Shown in pieces: positions 57,690 to 64,000 of a DNA stretch of 64,000 bases. Position 1 is the first letter of the stretch. Every line of letters starts with the position of its first letter. The notes beneath the pieces are model-generated. The model was not told the origin of the DNA and searched no databases. It saw nothing but the letters and a program-made list of their open reading frames with translations. Made by a program: the position numbers and the translations under genes. The DNA comes from Alcaligenaceae bacterium (GTDB lineage: Bacteria; Pseudomonadota; Gammaproteobacteria; Burkholderiales; Burkholderiaceae_B), in the NCBI GenBank assembly GCA_012727555.1, contig JAAYGT010000033.1:21921-85920 (forward strand), given 5' to 3'.

Positions 57690-58460
57690 TCAACGCCCCT
57701 TGAACACAGGCTGACGCTTTTCAAGAAAGGCCAGACGGGCTTCGCGGGCGTCTTCCGTACGTGCCAGTGTCATGGTGAATTCTTGCTCGAAACGGTAGGC
57801 ATCGCGCTGTGGCATGACATCGACCATATTGGCGGCGCGCTTGGCGTACATGGTGGCCAATGGTGCCTTCGAAGCAATTTCACGCGCCAGTTCCATGGCG
57901 ACAGGCAACAACTGCTCGCGTGGCAGAACATCTTCCAGTACATTGCGACGCAACAAATCATGGGCTGTCAGGCGCTGCCCGGTATAGAACATGCGACGCA
58001 ACGTAGAACGCCCGAACAGGGTGCGCAGCATTGACGCGCCACCCGCAAGACCCACATTGATTTCAGGCATACCGAATGTGGCGTTTTCAGAGGCGTACAT
58101 AATGTCGCAGGCGGCCATCAAGCCCAGTCCGGCACCCAATGCTGTGCCATTGACGGCAGCAATAACGGGTTTTGCACACTCACGAATGGCATTGCCGGTT
58201 TCACGCGTGATACGGTTATGTTCAAGAAAATCACCGGGAATGTCAGCATTGGGCCGGTCTTTCAGGTCGGCACCTGCACAAAACACATCGCCTGCACCGG
58301 TCAGCACGGCACAACGAATGTCCTCGCGCTCGGAAATTTCATCAAACGCAGCGACCATCTGGCGGCGCATGTCCCGGCTCAGCGCATTGACCGGCTTGCG
58401 GTCCATGGTCACAAGTGCAACGTAATCAGCGACTTCTATTCTTACGACTTTGTCTGTCAT
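57690..58460 (-). CDS. Enoyl-CoA hydratase/isomerase (crotonase family)
   Basis: About 256 aa from ATG 58460 (AGGAAAGGA RBS). Motifs VLTGAGDVFCAGADLKD and GTALGAGLGLMAACD. The longer ORF-track start lacks an RBS. Confidence 0.85.
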   Translation of the reverse strand: MTDKVVRIEVADYVALVTMDRKPVNALSRDMRRQMVAAFDEISEREDIRCAVLTGAGDVFCAGADLKDRPNADIPGDFLEHNRITRETGNAIRECAKPVIAAVNGTALGAGLGLMAACDIMYASENATFGMPEINVGLAGGASMLRTLFGRSTLRRMFYTGQRLTAHDLLRRNVLEDVLPREQLLPVAMELAREIASKAPLATMYAKRAANMVDVMPQRDAYRFEQEFTMTLARTEDAREARLAFLEKRQPVFKGR

Positions 58461-59041
58461 GTCCTTTCCTTGGGCAGTGGGGTGTCGGCGCGCAACAACG
58501 CGATAGAGCGAAAACACAGTCGGACTAGACTGTGCCGATGCGAACGGACGGACCGAGGCGTCTTGTCTGTGCAAGCTCTGGGCCAACGGGCCTGTACGGT
58601 TGTACGAATGAATGTGACAGGCACTCCGGACGATGTTTTATGAGCGCGTCCGCTGCCTGTGACCCGCTCTTGATACGTGGTGCGTGAGCCGGCATGAGGT
58701 GGGGATTCTAATGTCAATTTTTTGAACGGACACCTTCGTTTTCACGCAGGCGGGTAGTCTGACAGGTGTCATAAAACCAACTCCCGGATGTTTAAGCGAT
58801 TAGATAAAGCCCTGATTTTTTTGATTTTTATCAATTATTTTCGGAATCAAAAAAGCGGCTTATCCGGCTCGCTACAGCGAAGTAGTTCAAACAGTTCTGC
58901 ACTATTCATCAAGAATGGCAAGGTATTCGCTCGGGTATAGTCTGATCCAGATCAAGAAACAGATGCACCAAAAGCGGTGCATTCTTAACCCGTACCGGGA
59001 CATTACCCATTAACAACAGAAAATCAGGAGAGACAGCAGTC

Positions 59042-60028
59042 ATGCGTCTGTTTTCACGCCGTCACTTCATTGGCCAAGCGGCCGCTTTGGCACTTGCAGG
59101 TGCCTTTACCCTGCCCGCAATGGCAACCGAACTCAAAACGGGGCGCCCCATCAGCATCGTGGTGCCTTACGGTTCGGGCGGCACCTACGATACGTTTTCC
59201 AGAATCCTGGCAAAGGGCATGAGCGATTACCTCAAGCATCCTGTCATTGTCGAAAACAAACCCGGTGCCAACGGTGTAATCGGCGCAACCTACGTGGCCC
59301 AGGCCGCGCCCGATGGCCACACCCTGCTGATGGGTGGTACCGGCCCGGTATCCCTGAATATCATGCTGCGCAAGTCGCTACGATACAACTTCGACAGTTT
59401 TGATTCCGTGTCGCTACTATTCGATGGTCCGTTGTCGATTGCCGTCCCCACCAAACTGGGTTTCAAGAGCCTGCAAGACGTCATCGATCACTCGAAAAAA
59501 ACAGGTACACCTGTGAACTATGCAACGCTCGGACCAGGCAGCGTCACGCATCTTTATGGCCTTTTACTGGGTGATACGCTGGGTATCAAAACAGAACCCG
59601 TGGCCTACAAGGGCGAGGCACCTTCGTTCATTGATTTCATCGCCGGGCTGACAACACTGTCGTTTTCCAACCCCAACTCACTGAATGAATACGTGAAATC
59701 GGGCGAAGTGGATATTCTTGCGTTGAGCACACCTGAACGTGTCCCGTCGTTCCCCAACATTCCCACAATCGGTGAGCTGGGGTATCCCCAGCTGGTGTCC
59801 TCATTCTGGGGCTCAATGCATGCCCCAAAAGGAACACCACCCGATCTGCTGAAAAAACTGTCTGACGCCACGATGTACGCAGCCAAGCAGCCTGAATTCG
59901 TTGACATGCTCACCAAAGGCGGGCTGCGCCCCCTGGGTGAAAGCCCTGAACGCCTGGATGCCCAAATGGCCTCTGACCGCGAAGTCTGGGGCAAGATCAT
60001 CAAAGACAACAACATTGTGCTTGATTAA
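59042..60028 (+). CDS. Bug family (TctC-like) substrate-binding protein, tandem paralog 1
   Basis: 328 aa with a Tat-like RRHF signal and Bug blocks PISIVVPYGSGGTYD and NKPGANGVIGA. AGGAGA RBS. Confidence 0.9.
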   Translation: MRLFSRRHFIGQAAALALAGAFTLPAMATELKTGRPISIVVPYGSGGTYDTFSRILAKGMSDYLKHPVIVENKPGANGVIGATYVAQAAPDGHTLLMGGTGPVSLNIMLRKSLRYNFDSFDSVSLLFDGPLSIAVPTKLGFKSLQDVIDHSKKTGTPVNYATLGPGSVTHLYGLLLGDTLGIKTEPVAYKGEAPSFIDFIAGLTTLSFSNPNSLNEYVKSGEVDILALSTPERVPSFPNIPTIGELGYPQLVSSFWGSMHAPKGTPPDLLKKLSDATMYAAKQPEFVDMLTKGGLRPLGESPERLDAQMASDREVWGKIIKDNNIVLD

Positions 60029-60067
60029 GCCGGCACCTTAAACGCCCACATTCCAAAAGCCCTGACC

Positions 60068-60100
60068 TGGCAACTGATTTTAGTTGCCAAGCTGGTTTTT
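60068..60100 (+). terminator. Weak hairpin plus T-run between Bug paralogs 1 and 2
   Basis: TGGCAACT-gatttt-AGTTGCCA (8-bp stem), then AGCTGG and T5 (60096-60100). The T-run is displaced from the stem, so this is a partial terminator or attenuator at best. Confidence 0.3.
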
Positions 60101-60138
60101 CGCATCCAAAACCAAAATCTTATAAACGGAGACAATAC

Positions 60139-61128
60139 ATGCAAACACAGCGTTCCAGAAGAACTTTTCTTGCACAAGGTGCCGCCTTACTGGCTGCAAG
60201 CAGCTTGCCTGCCCTGACACAAGCCACAGCATTACAGTCAGGTAAGCCGATCAGCATCATTGTTCCCTATGCTCCAGGCGGTACATATGACGCATCACTG
60301 CGCATCATTGCAGAAGGCATGACCAAACACCTTGGTCGCCCCGTCATCATCGAAAACAAACCGGGGGCCAATGGCATCATCGGTGCGTCTTATGTAGCTA
60401 AAGCAGCACCCGACGGGCACACACTGCTCATGGGCGGAACAGGGCCGATCTCGTTGAATATTATGCTGCGCAAATCGCTGCCTTATAACTTCGATAGCTT
60501 TGAATCGGTTGCCATGCTGTTCGATGGCCCTCTTGGTATTGCCGTTCCTTCAAAAATAGGTGTGAACACCCTGCAGGAATTTGTGGACTACGCCAAGAAA
60601 TCGCCCAACCCGGTGCCCTATGGCACACTGGGACCTGGCAGCGTCACCCATCTTTACGGCCTGCTGTTTTCCGATATTTTTGGTTTCAAGTCGATTCCGG
60701 TGGCCTACAAAAGCAACACAGCATCGCTGGCTGACTTCATTGCCGCACAAACAGTGCTCTCTTTTTCGGCCCCCAATGCGCTGGCTGAATATGAAAAGTC
60801 AGGTGACGTCAAGATTCTTGCGATCAGCACCCGCGAACGCGACTCCGCCTTCCCGGACATCGCTTCGATCACCGAACTTGGATACCCGCAGCTGGTTTCG
60901 TCCTTCTGGGCATCGCTGCATGCGCCACGAGGCACTGACCCTGCAATCATTAAAACACTGTCAACAGTGGCCGTGGCTGCAGCCAATGAACCTGCCTTCG
61001 TTGATTTGCTCAGAAAAGGAGGGCTCTCGCCGCGCGGAGGCGATGCATCCGCATTGAATGAACAGCTGAAATCTGACCGCGAAGTCTGGGGCAAGATCAT
61101 CAAAGACAACAACATTGTGCTTGACTGA
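60139..61128 (+). CDS. Bug family (TctC-like) substrate-binding protein, tandem paralog 2
   Basis: 329 aa with an RRTF signal. Roughly two-thirds of residues look identical to paralog 1 by eye. The last 17 codons are nucleotide-identical to paralog 1. Confidence 0.9.
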   Translation: MQTQRSRRTFLAQGAALLAASSLPALTQATALQSGKPISIIVPYAPGGTYDASLRIIAEGMTKHLGRPVIIENKPGANGIIGASYVAKAAPDGHTLLMGGTGPISLNIMLRKSLPYNFDSFESVAMLFDGPLGIAVPSKIGVNTLQEFVDYAKKSPNPVPYGTLGPGSVTHLYGLLFSDIFGFKSIPVAYKSNTASLADFIAAQTVLSFSAPNALAEYEKSGDVKILAISTRERDSAFPDIASITELGYPQLVSSFWASLHAPRGTDPAIIKTLSTVAVAAANEPAFVDLLRKGGLSPRGGDASALNEQLKSDREVWGKIIKDNNIVLD

Positions 61129-61142
61129 CAGGAGACATGACC

Positions 61143-62114
61143 ATGAACACCAAAACCCGCCGCCATTTTCTGGCCACAACGCTCGCCCTGCTGACACTGC
61201 TTGGCACGGGTAGCGTTGCAGCCAGCGAGAAACCCATCAGTATCGTGGTGCCCTATGCTGCCGGTGGTACCAACGATGCCTACATGCGCCTGATCGCTGA
61301 GGGCATGTCACGTGAACTGGGTCGCACAGTTCTGGTTGAAAACAAACCAGGGGCCAATGGCATCATCGGCTCAACCTATGTGGCCAAAGCGGCTCCCGAT
61401 GGCACAACGCTGTTAATGGGCGGCACAGGGCCGGTGTCGCTGAACAGTATGCTGCGTCCCAAACTGGCCTACAACACCGACAGTTTTGACTCAGTAGCCA
61501 TGTTGTTCGACGGACCCCTGACAATCACCGTACCCACCAAACTGGGGGTCAATTCGGTCGAAGAACTCGTAAACCATGCAAAAAAAATATCGACCCCCGT
61601 GCGCTACGGTACGCTGGGTCCGGGTAGTGTGACGCATCTGTACGGGCTTTTACTGGGCAAAAACCTTGGCATCAAAACCGTGCCGGTCGCCTACAAAAAC
61701 AATCCTTCGTCACTGGTCGACCTCATTGCAGGCCAAGCAGAACTGTCATTTGCAACACCCAGCGCACTGGTCGAATACCAGAAAGCCGGTGATCTGAAAA
61801 TCCTGGCGCTGACCACCAAAGAACGTGACCCCTCATTTCCGGACATCCCAACGGTCACTGAACTGGGTTATCCACAACTGATCTCCTCATACTGGGCCGG
61901 ACTGCATGCGCCCAAGGGCACACCCCCCGATGTCTTGAAAAAACTATCAGATGCCGCCGTCAAAGCCGCTCAAGCTCCTGAGTTCGTCGAATTGCTGCGC
62001 AAGAATGGACTGACGGCCAAAGGTGGTGGCAAGGAGGCCCTTGATGCCCAACTTGAAACCGACCGCCAGAACTGGGGCACGATCATCAAAGAGAACAACA
62101 TTGTCCTGAACTAA
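61143..62114 (+). CDS. Bug family (TctC-like) substrate-binding protein, tandem paralog 3
   Basis: About 323 aa with an RRHF signal. ATG 61143 is 7 nt after GGAGA and is preferred to ATG 61137. Confidence 0.9.
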   Translation: MNTKTRRHFLATTLALLTLLGTGSVAASEKPISIVVPYAAGGTNDAYMRLIAEGMSRELGRTVLVENKPGANGIIGSTYVAKAAPDGTTLLMGGTGPVSLNSMLRPKLAYNTDSFDSVAMLFDGPLTITVPTKLGVNSVEELVNHAKKISTPVRYGTLGPGSVTHLYGLLLGKNLGIKTVPVAYKNNPSSLVDLIAGQAELSFATPSALVEYQKAGDLKILALTTKERDPSFPDIPTVTELGYPQLISSYWAGLHAPKGTPPDVLKKLSDAAVKAAQAPEFVELLRKNGLTAKGGGKEALDAQLETDRQNWGTIIKENNIVLN

Positions 62115-62196
62115 GGCAAGCCAGGTATCCAGGCCACTATCAACCGCCTGGATACTGCCAGCCCTTGCTATCAAACACCCCGAACCTGAAACTACA

Positions 62197-63117
62197 ATGA
62201 CCACCCGAAATGCGATCAGCCAGGTAGGCATTCTTAGCACTTTGCTGGGCGAATGCCCGGTCTGGGATACCCTGAACCACCGTTTATGGCTCATGGATTG
62301 CCGCGCCGGCAAACTCATGTCCGTCGAACCAGAAACAGGTGCGATTGTGAGCTCCTTCAGGTTACCGGCCCCCACCGGCTCATTCGCCTTCAACCACGAT
62401 GGACAGATTGTAGTTGCCCTGAAAGAGTCCATTGTGTTGCTCGACCCCGCAACGGGTACGTTCAGCCACCTGGCCCAACTGCCAGTCAGCCACCCGAATG
62501 TTCGTCTGAACGATGGCACGGCGCTACCCGACGGCAGTTTTATTGTGGGTACCATGCATGTACATCGAGAACCTGGCGAAGCGGCACTGGGTGGCATTTT
62601 TCAGCTCAGGCACTCTGGCCAACTACACAAAATTGCCCCCGCTCCCGGCGTTACCAACGGGCCTAATTTCAGCCCTTTCGACAACCGGTTTTATGTTTGT
62701 GACAGCGCCGTGCGAACGATCTTCTCGTATCGGCTTGAACCGGTTCCAGCGGCAGCAAACAACGCAACCGAAGCACCCGTGATCTTTCAGGACAAGCAGA
62801 TTTTTGCCGACACCAGTGCCCTGGATTCGGCACCTGACGGTTGCTGCTTCGACAGCACTGGCGGACTATGGACTGCGCTGGTACATGCGGGGGCGGTTGT
62901 GCGGTTTGACCCCGATGGTTCACTGACGCACCGAATCGATCTGCCTGTCAAACACCCAACGTCACTCTGCTTTGGCGGTCCTGAGCTGCAGGATATGTTC
63001 ATAACCTCAATTCGCGACAGTGGACGGCTGAAAGCTGACGGACGCCTGGATGGCGCGGTATTGAAAATTCGCAATAGTGGCTTTCAGGGTTTTAACCGGC
63101 CACGCTGCTCTTTTTGA
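62197..63117 (+). CDS. SMP-30/gluconolactonase/LRE family protein
   Basis: 306 aa. The GECPVWD N-terminal motif, NDG and a six-bladed propeller repeat pattern are typical of SMP-30-type lactonases. Confidence 0.8.
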   Translation: MTTRNAISQVGILSTLLGECPVWDTLNHRLWLMDCRAGKLMSVEPETGAIVSSFRLPAPTGSFAFNHDGQIVVALKESIVLLDPATGTFSHLAQLPVSHPNVRLNDGTALPDGSFIVGTMHVHREPGEAALGGIFQLRHSGQLHKIAPAPGVTNGPNFSPFDNRFYVCDSAVRTIFSYRLEPVPAAANNATEAPVIFQDKQIFADTSALDSAPDGCCFDSTGGLWTALVHAGAVVRFDPDGSLTHRIDLPVKHPTSLCFGGPELQDMFITSIRDSGRLKADGRLDGAVLKIRNSGFQGFNRPRCSF

Positions 63118-64000
63118 CACCCTGCAAATACTTGTGCAGCTTGAAACGGGCATCTTTGCCTGACACATGCGAAGCGATGAAATCCATGAACAACCTGACT
63201 TTGGCGGGAATCACGGGAGTGTCGGGAATCGTCGCATAGATACCCTCTTCAAAGGTGGTATTTGTAACCCGGTAGTTGGGCAGCAAACGCACAAGATGCC
63301 CTTCTTCGATGTCAGGCGCCACAGTGTAGTCATCGAGCAATGCAATGCCCTCGCCCAGTCGGGCCATTTTCAGCAGAACCATACCATTATTGGTCAGATG
63401 CCTGGGCTTGATCACAATTTCCCGGGTTTTCTGGTCGCACATGAAACGCCATACATGCTGATCACCCGGCAACCAATACACCAGGCAGTCATGCTTGAGA
63501 ATGTCGTCGGGTTGCTCAAGCCGGGGCATACGCGCGACATAAGCCGGCGAAGCCACCAGGTAACGGTCGCTCATGAACAACATGCGACGCCGGACCCCGG
63601 CTTCGACAGGGGGCGAAATACGAAAATCAATATCGACTTGCTGCTTCCGAAGATCGGCCTTGGCCTCGGTGAAAAGCAGTTCGACCAGAATATCAGGGTA
63701 TTCGACACGAAAAGCAGCAATCAGCGGCGTAAGCACCCCCAAACCGAACATCGTACGGGAGTGAATGCGCAAAACCCCTTTAGGTGATGAATTGATCGCA
63801 GTAATGCTGTTACGCGCTTCATTGATGCTCCAGAGAATGCCATCAAGCTGACGAGCATATTCCTGACCCGCTTCGGTAAGCACAACCTGACGCGTGGAAC
63901 GCTGGAGCAGAGTAACGCCCAGATCACTTTCAAATTCAGTAATCATTCTGGAAACAGACGTAGCCGAGACGCCAAACAAACGAGACGTTTCCGTGAAGCT
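63092..64000 (-). CDS. LysR family transcriptional regulator (partial; N-terminus beyond window end)
   Basis: The frame stays open to base 64000 (..SFTETSRLFGVSATSVSRMITEFESDLGVTLLQRSTRQVVLTEAGQEY), so the HTH starts outside the window. The 3' end overlaps the convergent SMP-30 gene by 26 nt. Confidence 0.85.
   Translation of the reverse strand, partial: SFTETSRLFGVSATSVSRMITEFESDLGVTLLQRSTRQVVLTEAGQEYARQLDGILWSINEARNSITAINSSPKGVLRIHSRTMFGLGVLTPLIAAFRVEYPDILVELLFTEAKADLRKQQVDIDFRISPPVEAGVRRRMLFMSDRYLVASPAYVARMPRLEQPDDILKHDCLVYWLPGDQHVWRFMCDQKTREIVIKPRHLTNNGMVLLKMARLGEGIALLDDYTVAPDIEEGHLVRLLPNYRVTNTTFEEGIYATIPDTPVIPAKVRLFMDFIASHVSGKDARFKLHKYLQGVKKSSVAG

Noticed and set aside
56547-58034. 495-aa plus-strand ORF
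   Set aside because: It is antisense to the ADP-forming acyl-CoA synthetase and the ECH gene. It is His/Arg/Gly-rich with no motifs.
62121-62157. Hairpin CCAGGTATCCAGGC ... GCCTGGATACTG after the third Bug gene as an intrinsic terminator
   Set aside because: The stem has a bulge and no T-run follows it on the plus strand. It may still be a weak or Rho-assisted stop, but I could not support a terminator call.
1-64000. Mobile elements, tRNA/rRNA genes, defence systems, toxin-antitoxin pairs
   Set aside because: No transposase, integrase, recombinase, phage or cas-like ORF was seen. No tRNA-like sequence occurs in any intergenic gap. Every ORF above about 100 aa that I accept has a metabolic, transport, regulatory or repair assignment.

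Overview
GC-rich bacterial chromosomal segment, about 60 CDS, almost all catabolic or transport genes. I found no rRNA, tRNA, transposase, integrase, phage or CRISPR content. Five Bug/TctC-type receptors, one TctBA pair and three TRAP systems suggest a Burkholderiales (Alcaligenaceae/Comamonadaceae-like) host; this is an inference. Modules in order: (1) partial aminotransferase and a 2OG oxygenase. (2) GntR - family III CoA-transferase - enoyl-CoA hydratase - MmgE/PrpD - TRAP dctPQM. (3) A 3-hydroxyphenylpropionate (mhp) meta-cleavage cluster that is split: bug-mhpD-mhpB-mhpA / mhpR / mhpC at 9-15.6 kb, and mhpF-mhpE behind a second TRAP system at 25.6-30.5 kb. (4) Between the two mhp halves, a MarR gene, a polar amino-acid ABC importer and an orphan AtuA(DUF1446)-DUF4387-TauD-PrpD-class II aldolase-ketopantoate-reductase-like operon. 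This module ends in a 14-bp x5 tandem repeat and an approximately 200-nt rod-like palindrome. (5) FAD oxidase plus a Rieske dioxygenase cluster (alpha, beta, Bug receptor, Zn-ADH, PDR-type reductase, MhpR-like IclR) preceded by an MhpR-type operator. (6) IclR, argD-like aminotransferase, MOSC, dinB. (7) An orphan NitT/TauT-type ABC permease and ATPase followed by translationally coupled tag - bphO - bacteriophytochrome-GGDEF. (8) A 10-gene minus-strand acyl-CoA operon: ECH, ADP-forming acyl-CoA synthetase, two ACADs, three SDRs, a CMD-family protein and tctBA. It faces three tandem Bug paralogs, an SMP-30 lactonase-like gene and a partial LysR gene. The leads I rate highest are the orphan AtuA/DUF4387 operon, the hybrid dioxygenase cluster apparently wired to MhpR-type regulation, the palindrome/tandem-repeat junction, the tag-bphO-bphP(GGDEF) operon and the acyl-CoA operon. 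All functional calls come from reading the translated ORFs. No database search was possible.
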